This document shows positions 52,250 to 62,498 of a DNA stretch of 64,000 nt, piece by piece. The position numbers were made by a program, and so were the translations under genes. Location of the stretch: assembly GCA_963740005.1 (NCBI GenBank), contig CAVUCO010000030.1, forward strand, positions 81,232-145,231, in the 5' to 3' direction. This DNA comes from an uncultured Acidobacteriaceae bacterium. GTDB lineage: Bacteria > Acidobacteriota > Terriglobia > Bryobacterales > Bryobacteraceae. The first letter of the stretch is position 1. Every line of letters starts with the position of its first letter. The notes beneath the pieces are model-generated. The model saw only the letters and a list, made by a program, of their open reading frames with translations. It was not told the DNA's origin and did no database searches.

Positions 52250-52950
52250 GCGGCTTCCACCAGCCCCGGCCGCGTCTTCGCTGCCAACGTAAGCAACTCG
52301 CCAAGGAGGTAAGGCGCGTTCGACTTGATAAAGGCTCTTTCTGCCTCCAAACTTTCAACGCGATAACGACCGCTCCGAACAACAGTTCTAAGAAGCGCTC
52401 GACTGTGGGCAGCGTGCTGGATCGAGGCGAATTCGCCGCCAATAACGATCGGGAAGCCGAGCGTTGCTAAATTGCTTAAGCACTGAAAGGTCGCCTCACT
52501 ACAGGTTCTCCGGGCGCAGTACAAATTGAGCCCGTGCTGCTCTTCGCAAAGTGTCGTGAGCGCACCAACTGGGTCGTTGTGTTTAGGAAACGGACTCGCG
52601 GGCACAAGAGCCTCCCCGAGCAAGGTGGGGGCAATGCCCTCGGCCAAAAGTGGGCGTCGGGCGACACCCGTCAGCACGTCTGCGAAATACGCCTTCAAGG
52701 TGCGGTTGCTCGGCCCCCAGACCGCCAGCCTCTCGCACGTTTGCCGCCAGTAGCTACCGGTCGAGACAGTCGGCTCCGCACCGATAGCTTTGCTCGGATG
52801 CCAATTGATGCCGGACGCTTCGCGGCTCACGTTATACCAAGAGTTTTCAATGTGGTTAATCACGCTGACGCTGCCCGGTGATCCGAAATCGAACGCGGAC
52901 CAGGTTTTGTCTGGCGCGTGGTAAGCCCTTTTAGCTTGGAATTCAGACAT
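52246..52950 (-). CDS. Hypothetical protein
   Basis: GGAG RBS; overlaps the upstream stop codon. Confidence 0.65.
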   Translation of the reverse strand: MSEFQAKRAYHAPDKTWSAFDFGSPGSVSVINHIENSWYNVSREASGINWHPSKAIGAEPTVSTGSYWRQTCERLAVWGPSNRTLKAYFADVLTGVARRPLLAEGIAPTLLGEALVPASPFPKHNDPVGALTTLCEEQHGLNLYCARRTCSEATFQCLSNLATLGFPIVIGGEFASIQHAAHSRALLRTVVRSGRYRVESLEAERAFIKSNAPYLLGELLTLAAKTRPGLVEAA

Positions 52951-53389
52951 GAGCGCTCTCCGCTCGTACCACAAAGATCCGGTCGAGCACGCGCATATTC
53001 GCGACTACGTAGTCCCTCGACCGCTTCGGAAGCAAGTGTAAGCGTTTGAAGGCTTCAGGTATCGTGCACGGATCCAGGATTGCGTTGCGAATGGCGATCG
53101 TCGTGCCGCAGTACAAGCCGCAAGCGCGGACTATCGCGGAAATTTGCTGTCGATTTAGTTGAACCAAGTGCCGATCGCCGCGGGGCCGCCTAACGGATTC
53201 GCAGGCTGAGCCAACGGTGTTTAATGCGTCGCGCACTTCGCGCAACTGTCCCGCACTGAGTGCAACAGTGTACACGCGATCTTCGATGGGGCCGGGTTCG
53301 CCGAAAATAAAAGGCAGGTTCTCGGCGCCGGGCGGTATGTCGTCGCACGTCTCAAAAAACGCGTGCGTCAAAAACGAATAGCTGTCCAT
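52943..53389 (-). CDS. Hypothetical protein
   Basis: GGAGAG RBS before MDSYSF. Confidence 0.65.
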   Translation of the reverse strand: MDSYSFLTHAFFETCDDIPPGAENLPFIFGEPGPIEDRVYTVALSAGQLREVRDALNTVGSACESVRRPRGDRHLVQLNRQQISAIVRACGLYCGTTIAIRNAILDPCTIPEAFKRLHLLPKRSRDYVVANMRVLDRIFVVRAESAHV

Positions 53390-53450
53390 ATTTTCTCTCC
53401 AAAGAGTGCGGCCCGGACTTAATCCGAGTCGATAAAGATTGAATCTTGCT

Positions 53451-53615
53451 TTAGCTGATAACTCCCTCGCGCGCGGCCCTTGCCAAGGCATCGCGGAGGA
53501 ATTGAAGATTTTCAGCAGAGACGTCGCGCGCGTCTTCCGTTTTTAAAATCGCCTCTAGCCGGAGGCGTTCAACCTCCGAGTTCGATTCAGACCGACGATC
53601 ATTTTGGTTAGACAT
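53451..53615 (-). CDS. 54-aa hypothetical protein (not in ORF track)
   Basis: AAGGA RBS; MSNQNDRR...REGVIS*; co-oriented within the operon. Confidence 0.55.
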   Translation of the reverse strand: MSNQNDRRSESNSEVERLRLEAILKTEDARDVSAENLQFLRDALARAAREGVIS

Positions 53616-53666
53616 GTTGGTGTTTTCCTTTGAATAAAACTGTCCGGTCTTAGACCGGGTTACTAC

Positions 53667-54272
53667 TTACTTCTGGTTCTTGAGAATTGATCGGAGCTCC
53701 GTCAGCCGATCGCTCACGACGTCGATCTCGCGGGTGAGGGCAATGCTCGGAGCGGCAAACAACAGCGTGTCAGGCAACGGAAGGCTGCTGGTGGTGCCGA
53801 TTTCAATGCTGTTATTCCACGTGCTGACCATTGCCCGAAAAAACAGCCTGCTACGCTTCAACAGCAACGTGTGCTGTTGGTGCTCAAGTACGGTGATTTC
53901 GCACTGAAGGCTAGTTAAATAGGCCGCCTTCTGCAATTGGTCGCCAACTGTTACCGCACGCTCGGCCAATGCAACGCTGGCCTGTGCTGGAATGAGCTTC
54001 TTTGCGTAGCTGCTCAACTCTCCAGGTTCCTTGAGCACGGCCAGGGCGCCTTCGTCTAGGAGAGCGTTCAGACCTTCCCGAGCAACCCGCAATGCTTGTT
54101 TCGCAGCGCTCACCCGCTCAGCCGCTTGTGCGTGGGACTCGGTTGCCGCGAGACTTGCAGCTTCGAGATCGACGACCGCTTTTTCACGCTCGCCGATCGT
54201 GGCGTCGAGGGCTTCGATTTTTGCGGGCAATAGGTCCACAAATTCCTGCCGAAAACAGGGTGTGTCTGTCAT
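53667..54272 (-). CDS. Coiled-coil hypothetical protein
   Basis: Ala/Leu/Glu-rich helical sequence; ATGA overlap. Confidence 0.7.
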   Translation of the reverse strand: MTDTPCFRQEFVDLLPAKIEALDATIGEREKAVVDLEAASLAATESHAQAAERVSAAKQALRVAREGLNALLDEGALAVLKEPGELSSYAKKLIPAQASVALAERAVTVGDQLQKAAYLTSLQCEITVLEHQQHTLLLKRSRLFFRAMVSTWNNSIEIGTTSSLPLPDTLLFAAPSIALTREIDVVSDRLTELRSILKNQK

Positions 54273-54460
54273 ACGCGCCCTCCGACACCGGCAAGCAGGC
54301 GCTCAACGACGCGGGCGGGGATTCTGATTTGTCTGCCGAGCCGGAACGATTCGATCCGGCCTTCGTGAATTAATTTCCTGCACGTTTCCCGGGCGATGCG
54401 CAGTCTGCTAGCAGTCTCGGCGATACTGAGCACCTCGGGGTGAGAGGGTTTGATACTCAT
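54269..54460 (-). CDS. AlpA/excisionase-family HTH protein
   Basis: VLSIAETASRLRI..ET...LI..G.I...RLG..IRIP; GGAG RBS. Confidence 0.85.
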   Translation of the reverse strand: MSIKPSHPEVLSIAETASRLRIARETCRKLIHEGRIESFRLGRQIRIPARVVERLLAGVGGRV

Positions 54461-54479
54461 GGTTTCTCCAGTTGAAAGT

Positions 54480-54505
54480 AAAAAAGCAGCCAGAAAAGGC
54501 TGCTT
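54480..54505 (-). terminator. Intrinsic terminator-like hairpin in leader of replication operon
   Basis: Minus strand AAGCAGCC-TTTTCT-GGCTGC followed by TTTTTT. Confidence 0.65.
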
Positions 54506-55125
54506 GGGTGTGTAACACCGATTAGTCGAGGTGGGCGATTAGAGCCCCCGTCTATTAATGATTATACCCTGGGGCTCCAAACGTTGCCTCGTAACGACTA
54601 ACGAAGCGTTTCGGGACGCGAATGAATGTTTTTAATACAAGCTATTATATGTTTGATTTTAAAGGTCTTTAGCTAGGCTATCACGTTGTTAATAACCTAC
54701 GCTTAAGTTACAGGCTTCACTGGATGCGACTTCAGTCAAAAGCGCAAAATATTGGCTGGAAGGCGCGCGCGTCGCTTCGTTAACTTATACCCTCTCCATC
54801 GTCTGCTCCATCCGCTTCGCCTCGTCTGGAAGAATGCCCAAACTTAGATTCCGGCAGCGGTTCCCCTTCCGACCTGTTGCAAATGGCGGTGCGGCGCATC
54901 GAGCGCGAAATCGTTATGACGCGACTTCGCGCGAACAAGATAAAACGCCGAGGCGTGCTCCTGCACGCGGATGGCGTAATCGCTGGGTTGAGGCGGGCGT
55001 CTGAGATTTGTCGATCGGCGCTTGACGAGCGGCAAACGTAGACTTCGGGCGCAGGTGATGAATGAACTTGGAGTTCTAGAACGTGTGGCGCTAGGATAAA
55101 AACATACGTTACGCGCGAGCGGCTC

Positions 55126-55566
55126 GTGGCCCGCCACTATCGGCGAGCGTTTGGAGTTTTCAAGTTGACAGAGCCAATATACGCTAGTCCTCCATCTGGA
55201 TACGAGTTACTGCTGTGCGCAAAGTGCAGGAAGCCTTATATCTATGAGCCAACCGGGCACGGACATCGATACGCTGGCTGCGCATGCCAGCAGCCGGAGT
55301 TGAACCAGGATTTGTTCCCGGAAGGCTGGATCAAAGTCGGTTCGATTGATGGCGCGCTGAAAGTATACGTGAACACGCCGGTTTTCTTCGCTACACATTG
55401 CCCGAATAGCCACTGGGTCGATGTGCACGCTGAAAGAGCCGGTTTCGTGGAAGCTCTAAACGCCGGAACACTGATGCTTTATTGCCACGAATGCGACTGC
55501 GATTTCAGTCTGCCGCCTGAAGTAATAGAGAAGATCAAGACGAGGCGAGCCTCCGGGCTCCTTTGA
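55126..55566 (+). CDS. Cys/His-rich hypothetical protein
   Basis: CAKC, CAC, CPNSH and CHEC motifs; start uncertain. Confidence 0.55.
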   Translation: MARHYRRAFGVFKLTEPIYASPPSGYELLLCAKCRKPYIYEPTGHGHRYAGCACQQPELNQDLFPEGWIKVGSIDGALKVYVNTPVFFATHCPNSHWVDVHAERAGFVEALNAGTLMLYCHECDCDFSLPPEVIEKIKTRRASGLL

Positions 55567-55703
55567 AGCTTCTGGCTCCGCTTCCATTCAAAGCATACTT
55601 CGCTTCCGCGCGGGTGCAGAGTCTAGCTGTTGCTTTGCCGTAGTCGAGCAGTTCCGGATCGCCGCGCTTGCATCGTACTATTCCACGAGAGCCGTCTGGA
55701 TAC

Positions 55704-56132
55704 TCACCGACAACGATAGTGTTTCTCCAGGACGTCGACATGTTGGAGCGAGTGCAGGAGCAATATCTTGTTGATGTCAGCAGCTTTCGTAAACGGCGTA
55801 TAGACGAGCATCGCGCCACAAGCGCTAATAGCATTGCAGCCCGGGCATTCCTTAACCATCCGGAGCCGCGCTTGCTTGCGTTCGGCTTTGGTTCGATAGA
55901 TCTTCACTGTCACCCCTGAGGGGCTTGAAGACTCAATGTTTGCGCTGGAAATAACGCCGCCCGTTTTGTCGGCGCTGCTCAAATAGGCCGTCGTGTCCGT
56001 TATGCGATTGGACTTGGGAAACAGGTTGGCAGCCTTGAACACATGTGCTACAGCTGCCGCTGTTTCACCTGTCGGCTGTCCGGCGCTAACGGCTGTGGCC
56101 AGTACGGCCAGGATCGCTGCATTCACTCGCAT
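55704..56132 (-). CDS. Putative exported protein
   Basis: Signal-peptide-like MRVNAAILAVLATAVSA. Confidence 0.5.
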   Translation of the reverse strand: MRVNAAILAVLATAVSAGQPTGETAAAVAHVFKAANLFPKSNRITDTTAYLSSADKTGGVISSANIESSSPSGVTVKIYRTKAERKQARLRMVKECPGCNAISACGAMLVYTPFTKAADINKILLLHSLQHVDVLEKHYRCR

Positions 56133-56209
56133 GGAGCGACGATGCGAACGCACAATCGGCATCATGGGCTTAGCCCCTTGCGCGGAACCAAATTGACTTC
56201 CAGAGGCGT

Positions 56210-56659
56210 TTGACTGATAACCATAGACATGCAGAAGATTTACAATTTCACCCAGGGCGGCTTCCGTCTGTGAAGCGCGACACTAAGTGGAGAGAGCTGC
56301 GACAGCGCATTTCGACGACTCTCACCATGCAGAAGGCACACTCGGCGGCCAATCTGAATCTGGTTATCAACATGAAGGCCGAGCCAGATGGCAACTCTTT
56401 CATCCTGGACCATCCAGCATATCCAAAAGCTCGCGTTAAGGCGAGTTTCCGGGCTGACCTGCCAGTGAATGTAAATTGCTCTTATCAGAGGACGGAAAAC
56501 AGCAACCAGGTTGATTGGGAGTACACGATCGAATTCTTTGTTGACGAGCTAGACGAGGTTCACTTTCAGCATGAAGGCAAGATCTTGTCGAATGATGAGG
56601 TAGCCCTTTTGATACTCGGGCCTGTTCGCGATCCGTCATTCACGCCAACACCGCAATAG
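56210..56659 (+). CDS. Hypothetical protein
   Basis: Globular-looking ORF; start uncertain. Confidence 0.55.
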   Translation: MTDNHRHAEDLQFHPGRLPSVKRDTKWRELRQRISTTLTMQKAHSAANLNLVINMKAEPDGNSFILDHPAYPKARVKASFRADLPVNVNCSYQRTENSNQVDWEYTIEFFVDELDEVHFQHEGKILSNDEVALLILGPVRDPSFTPTPQ

Positions 56660-56731
56660 GCAGCGGGTACGGCGCGTCGGCTTAGACCAGGTGAGCGGGG
56701 TCGCGTCGTGATCCAGGGGTGCGCCCCCAGC

Positions 56732-57418
56732 CTACCGATCGAAGTAAATATAGGCCTTCAGTCGATCTTCCTCGTGATCGAACCCAAGTTCAATCCAATT
56801 GAGTGGGAATGAGTATGACAGTTCCGTGCCACTGGAATCTTTCACTCGAATGGTGAGGTAATAAGCATTACACGTCACAACATCATGCGGATTTTGGGGG
56901 TAGCTCTCATGGTAATCGGCGGGAGTGTGTCTCATGTGAACGACCGTGATTCGCTTTCCAACCCAACTCAGAAGCTCTCGCGTCTTGCTGTTCCGCTGCG
57001 CGATTAGCTCGGAAAACTGTTGCTCAGACGCTTCCTTCGTCTGCGTTCCGAGCCTAACGTAGGACTTGCCAGCAAAGTGGGGACGCTCAGTGCTTCCCGG
57101 AACAATTACCGCCACGCATGTTTTGCCTTGATGGGTTAAAGACTTAGGAAGCGTATAAACAGGTGGCCATGCGTGCTCCTCCAAGAAGTCTGAGAACGAC
57201 TTCATGACACGTTCGATGTTGACTCCGTCTGCAATTTGCCCAGCGTCGTTGACGCCGATGAACAATACTGCCGGATAGCCGATCGGAGTCGAATTAGCGA
57301 AAGCCACTACTGTCCGCAGCCACTCCTGCTTCCGATTTGTGGGCTTCCTCTCAACGTAACTGTCCTCAGTCTTCGTTAGAAGGGCTATCAGGTCAAGGTC
57401 GTCAAGCATATTGGCCAT
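56732..57418 (-). CDS. AlbA_2 (Schlafen-like) domain protein
   Basis: ED..VERK, VVAFANS, LFIGVND.G and YVRLG..T motifs. Confidence 0.85.
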   Translation of the reverse strand: MANMLDDLDLIALLTKTEDSYVERKPTNRKQEWLRTVVAFANSTPIGYPAVLFIGVNDAGQIADGVNIERVMKSFSDFLEEHAWPPVYTLPKSLTHQGKTCVAVIVPGSTERPHFAGKSYVRLGTQTKEASEQQFSELIAQRNSKTRELLSWVGKRITVVHMRHTPADYHESYPQNPHDVVTCNAYYLTIRVKDSSGTELSYSFPLNWIELGFDHEEDRLKAYIYFDR

Positions 57419-58452
57419 TATTCTCGCATCGTGATCTCACATAAAACATATCTTGGGGAAATGTCGTTCAAAACTCGCGGCAAAACACCGAGCTGCCTAA
57501 TCCAAACGGAGCTGCCGGTTGAGCATTCTCGCGGACGTTTTTGCCACTCAACTTTTTTGTTATACTTGGTTCGAGGAAGGCAGAAAGTCTGGCTTGAGAC
57601 CAGATATAGTCTGCCTGTCACGTGCCCACGGCCGGGCTATTGAACGTTTGGATCTGTCATCATGACAACAGATCTTTTTCGCAGGCCGGAGCGAGAAAGG
57701 TTTGTTTTGTTCCAACACCCACCTGACATCTTCTGGCTCGTTAAGTTCTACGCCATTGAAACAATCTCAACTGCCGGCCTAATTGTTTGGATGGCTAAAG
57801 GATTTTGGCGCGAAGTCCAACCAAGGGCGAAGAAAAGACGAACACGTGTGATATCCTCTTCCAGTGGCCCCAGGCGAAAAAGAAAAGCCGCTCACTCGGG
57901 AAGACCTCGCAGCCCTGCAAAGAAAGCTCGCCAAGATGGGCGTCATAGCTCTTGAGGATTTCTACCTACTGCGTGCCGCCGGCTCGCTTCATCCAGGAGC
58001 TGGTTCAGGCCTGGAAGCAGGTGAGGAGGTGGAAGTGAAAATCAACGCCTCCATTGCGAAAGATCACGCCCAGTGAATCAGACATAAACTCATGCTTTTC
58101 ATAGCAGCCCGTTGTTGCTGTTTCCACCGCCACTGACAGTAAGCGTCCCGGCATAGCTGTTATCGTTATTGCCCGAGAACATGAACTCGCCCGTATACGT
58201 TGTGTGCGTGTGGGACAGATCCATCGGAGGTATTTCTCGTTGGCTAGCACACCTCAGAGTGGGGCACGCCATCGCACTGCCAATACCAGAGTCCAACCCC
58301 GCTGCCATCACCACCATGCAAATGCCGCTTCGGATAACTTTGTAGTTCATACTAAGAGGATACCTCCAAACGTTCTACCACTCTATTGTTTTGGGCTTTA
58401 GGTTCGAAGATCCCGCAACCTGCTATTCTTCGCTTCGAGGAGTTTTCACGGG

Positions 58453-58770
58453 GTGCAAGAACCAAAGCAGATAATCGCGATGTCTGACGATCAACTTCGG
58501 GAGTACGCGCTCTCGGGTGATATGAATAGTTACGTTCATCAGATCGGTTCGACGGAGATGAACATGCGATGCGCCCTACGCATCGCGAAGGCCTCGGCGG
58601 AGATGGCTACGGCAAACCGGGATCTCGTAGAGGCGACCAAGCAGGTGGTCGAGGCCCATCATGGTCTCATCCGGGAGACACGTTACGTCGTTCGGGCGAC
58701 GTGGGGAATAGTGGCGATAACCTTCATCACGCAAGTGGCCTTGATTATCTCGGAGTTCATGCGGAAGTAA
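58453..58770 (+). CDS. Hypothetical protein with C-terminal TM helix
   Basis: GAGGAG RBS; coiled coil followed by a TM helix. Confidence 0.6.
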   Translation: MQEPKQIIAMSDDQLREYALSGDMNSYVHQIGSTEMNMRCALRIAKASAEMATANRDLVEATKQVVEAHHGLIRETRYVVRATWGIVAITFITQVALIISEFMRK

Positions 58771-59045
58771 TCCCAGGTCCCCTTGTGCACTACGTGTGGC
58801 TGATACGTGGCTCTGACGCGCCTTCTGCGCAGTACAGGTAGATGTCCTGTCGGGATTGCACGCTGTAGGGTGCGTCTCGGTCACCTTCACCGAAAGAGTG
58901 GGACGGCTCTCTAGCGCTGCTGTTTTGCCCTCACAAAACCACGGCATCAATCACGGCATCAAAGCGCGCTTAATTACGGTTTTTTGGGGTCGTAGTGATA
59001 CCCAGCGACCATTGATAATAAACCAGTTGCCTTATGCTGCTCAAT

Positions 59046-59096
59046 CTTCTAAGCTGAGGGTCGCAGGTTCAATTCCTGCCGCCCCTACCACGATTT
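59046..59096 (+). repeat. attR core (3' half of tRNA-Arg duplicated)
   Basis: Exact 51-bp match to 44087-44137. Confidence 0.95.
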
Positions 59097-59340
59097 AGCC
59101 AAGGCCCGTGGATCCTGTACCGCGTCCGTTGACGTTTCGAATGCACAGGCAGCCGCCCTGAAGGCAAAGGTCGCAGCATAGGGCTTTACGCCTCAAGAGT
59201 GCCTCGACCACTTCGCCGAAGAACGAGAACCAATCAGGCACGGCGGCGCTCCCCAATTCGTATCCATTGCAGACCGTCCCCGAGGTTCCTACCCAGGTCG
59301 TCGAGCAGTGCACCGACTGGTCAGCAAATTTGTGGCAAAG

Positions 59341-60387
59341 TCATTCCTCTGCTCGTTCTATGAGTTGAAAGTACTTTTTCCCCTGCTCTGGGCTTATCCT
59401 CTTTTCCTCATAGAGTTTGGTCACGTACGCTCGGATCATGCGTTGCAGCTCAGAACATGTTTCATAAGGTGACCAACTAGCATCTCCTGGTTCATCTACG
59501 TGCGGTTCGACCTCCTCGGGGACCTCTCTTGCTAGCCTCTTTCTGATCTGTACAAACTCATCTTTGTAGACTTGAGAATATATATTCGCGTCATCTCTTA
59601 TGAGTTGATCAATTCTCCACCGATTAAACATGGCTTTAGATTGAGAGCTAGCCTGTGGACTCAGATTCTGTGCGTCGATAGAGTCATCGTGCGCTTGAAT
59701 ATCCTTGCGTACCTTGGCGTGGCGTTCGTTGGAGGCCTTCAGGAATCCGTAACAATGCACCAAGGAGTCAACCGAACTGCTGACTAGTTCAAGGTCTTTG
59801 TCGATCGGAATCGCTGGTTCGGGGACGACATCGCCCCTAGACTTCGTCGATGTCGTATTGCTCCGAGATTTGACGATGGGCTTCCTGACCGCCGCTGGCG
59901 GCGCAGCCCCCCCAGCATCCGGAATGTTCTGAGGCTGCATCGGTGCCGTTGCTGTAAGCTGCTTAGGTGATTTGCTCTGCTGTTCGGAAGTGAATTTAGT
60001 CACAGCGTGCTGAATGGCTAGCGTCTGGATTGAGGACCACGGCCGTTGGCCTCGTTTTACCTCAGTCCAAAAAACAGAAAGGGGAACAAAGGAAATCGCG
60101 GCAAGTGCATAAGCGACGCGAATAGGAGTGCTTAGGCTGGGATGATTGGAGAGACCCTTCCATCGAATGGCCTTTGCTAGTAATACGAGGGCCGAGAGTA
60201 TCCACATGAGGACGGCAAGTCCATACTCCTCCACCTGTATGAAGGTCATTCCAACGCCCCACAGAACAAGAAAGCCAGCGCGTGACGCCCATTGGGAGGA
60301 AATATGGAGTTGACTGCCGACCCAATCTGTAAGGACAAGGACCTTCCCGGATACATCGAGGAGCCATGTCCGCATAGGCTTCGGCAT
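59341..60387 (-). CDS. Hypothetical membrane protein
   Basis: N-terminal TM helices, Pro-rich linker and helical C-domain; AT-rich. Confidence 0.6.
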   Translation of the reverse strand: MPKPMRTWLLDVSGKVLVLTDWVGSQLHISSQWASRAGFLVLWGVGMTFIQVEEYGLAVLMWILSALVLLAKAIRWKGLSNHPSLSTPIRVAYALAAISFVPLSVFWTEVKRGQRPWSSIQTLAIQHAVTKFTSEQQSKSPKQLTATAPMQPQNIPDAGGAAPPAAVRKPIVKSRSNTTSTKSRGDVVPEPAIPIDKDLELVSSSVDSLVHCYGFLKASNERHAKVRKDIQAHDDSIDAQNLSPQASSQSKAMFNRWRIDQLIRDDANIYSQVYKDEFVQIRKRLAREVPEEVEPHVDEPGDASWSPYETCSELQRMIRAYVTKLYEEKRISPEQGKKYFQLIERAEE

Positions 60388-60751
60388 TGAACGGATAGTA
60401 GCACCACGCACGGCGATCACGGCGCGCCAACCAGCGTCGTTTCTGACGCAGGAGAGGGCACTCCGAGGGGGCCAGGGTAACGAAAGTCCGTGTCACGGTC
60501 GCCTTGAAAACAGAGCCGCCTATCCCGGTCGGCTTACTGATGTGCTACCGCAGAGCTTGGCCGGCGGGCAGCAGCATGCGTTAAGAAAGAGCTTCTCAGA
60601 AGGCAAAAATCCGCGAGGGTTTGGGCCAGATGAGCAAACTGGCGATAATCTTTGCGGGCGGTGCTGAACGCTCGTCTTCCTATGCTCAGTAGTAAATTTG
60701 TTCGGGAAGAATGCAGCAGCCCGCGTGGGTCTGTAAGCTGCTAATCTGGCA

Positions 60752-61534
60752 GTGACGATGGCCTGCTATCGCGTTTTGATACTCCTCGCGATCTCATCGC
60801 CCATGCTGCGTGCCGACCTGACGCTCAAGGTCCGAACCATGGGCGCGACGGGCCCATCGAGCGAAACTACCGAGTACTACAAAGGCAATCTCGTGCGTAG
60901 CGACTTCGGCACTAGCTATCAAGTCATTGACTTCTCCACCGGACGCGGTTTTACGGTCGATCCGGCAAAAAGAGAATACTATCCGTTCGACCGATCAAAG
61001 CAGGCGATGATGCAAGTCGTCGATCCCTCCCATAAGATCTTCATAGAAGCGACGTGCTCCGCCACCGGTGAACAGCGTGAATGGTTCGGCTACGCCGCCC
61101 GCCGTTACGTAACAACCAAGCGGTCGCATAATGAGTTCAACGGCAAGTCATCCGAAGTGAGCGAGACACAGGCAGATACGTGGGTCCTTGATTTCCCGGC
61201 TCCGCCTCACGTTCAAGGGATCGCGAGCCCGAACGGGATCGTTTTCCTCAGTCAGGTGCTGGCAGGCGGCATCATGAAAGTTCCTGATATCAAGGCAACT
61301 CACATCGGACCCCGGCCACACGGTCTGATCGTGTGGCTCAAGACGGACCAGTATGAAAGTGAAATCGTCGCACTTTCCGTTGCGCAGCTTGACCAAAGCC
61401 TGTTCGACGTACCGAAGGGTTTTGGCGAGGTCATTCCCCGCGCCTTTGCGGCTCCGCCTGATTCCTGGAGCGATCAGATCGAGCTCGAATGGCGGCGATT
61501 GCTAGTTTGGCTTAACGGCCTGTTTGGGAGCTGA
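60752..61534 (+). CDS. Exported hypothetical protein
   Basis: Signal peptide; SLFDVPKGF motif near the C-terminus. Confidence 0.7.
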   Translation: MTMACYRVLILLAISSPMLRADLTLKVRTMGATGPSSETTEYYKGNLVRSDFGTSYQVIDFSTGRGFTVDPAKREYYPFDRSKQAMMQVVDPSHKIFIEATCSATGEQREWFGYAARRYVTTKRSHNEFNGKSSEVSETQADTWVLDFPAPPHVQGIASPNGIVFLSQVLAGGIMKVPDIKATHIGPRPHGLIVWLKTDQYESEIVALSVAQLDQSLFDVPKGFGEVIPRAFAAPPDSWSDQIELEWRRLLVWLNGLFGS

Positions 61535-61576
61535 TCAGCCCCGGCGATACGTCCAGCGGAATTTACCAAGGGTGCT

Positions 61577-62104
61577 TCATGAAGCGACGGTAACAGAGGT
61601 CGTCCGTCGTTGTTGCTCCACCCGAAAGGCCGCATAGAAAAAGCGCATGAATAGCGCCCACCAAAAGACTGGCACGATAATGCTCTCGAGCAAGCCTAAT
61701 CCGTGGGCTTGCAAGTTGACGTGAAACTGGGCGACCCTTTCGAATGTCCAGAGCAGCATGGCGCAAATCGTCGCCCACCTGTGGCCTCGATACACGAACA
61801 CCGCTAAGACTAAGAATGCGACCGCGTCAACTAAGTAATAATCAGACTTGCGGAAATAAATCGGGAAGACGCTCACGACCGCCAAAAACACCAGCCACAG
61901 GGCGCACCGCCCACGTGCTGATTGGAACACTCCCAGCGAACTGTACTCTGTCACTTGCCGCTGCAATTGATCGGGGTCAATCGTCCAAAACAGGAGGTAT
62001 TCTGCGGGGCGCCGAGGCATGAACGTTTCCCCACAGAAAGGACACGTCCTTTCGTCGTAGTTGTCAGAATCTGTCTGTGAACGACTACATCCAGGGCAGG
62101 TCAT
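61577..62104 (-). CDS. Zinc-ribbon membrane protein
   Basis: CPGC...CPFCG followed by about four TM helices. Confidence 0.65.
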   Translation of the reverse strand: MTCPGCSRSQTDSDNYDERTCPFCGETFMPRRPAEYLLFWTIDPDQLQRQVTEYSSLGVFQSARGRCALWLVFLAVVSVFPIYFRKSDYYLVDAVAFLVLAVFVYRGHRWATICAMLLWTFERVAQFHVNLQAHGLGLLESIIVPVFWWALFMRFFYAAFRVEQQRRTTSVTVAS

Positions 62105-62498
62105 TGGTCTCTCCCGTCTCGCCGCATCAGCTCCCGTGCCACGCGCCGGACGGTGCCAGCGCCGGGGCGTTGGGATATAGGAGTTTTGTCGACGAGCTTA
62201 GGCTCCAGGTGCTTGTGTGCATTTGAACATCCAGAGAGCGTCTTGACCGGAACCTCAATGCAGACAGTTTGGATACGTCATTTACCCGAGGGAGGAGTGT
62301 AGACGTCAGGACACAGCCCGTCGCATTCGTGTTCGCCCGTTTACAGACAACGAGCGACGGAAGCCCAATTGTTTAAAGTCGCAGAGGGGCGAGATGCTGT
62401 CTTCCCGTTAGAGCAGGTAATGCTTTCACGTTAGAAGACGGGGATGATCAGGCACCCGCTTCGAAGCTTAGCTGCCAATCTGGAAGAATGGTACCTGC

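Noticed and set aside
59046-59096. Second tRNA-Arg gene
   Set aside because: Only the 3' half is present; it is attR.
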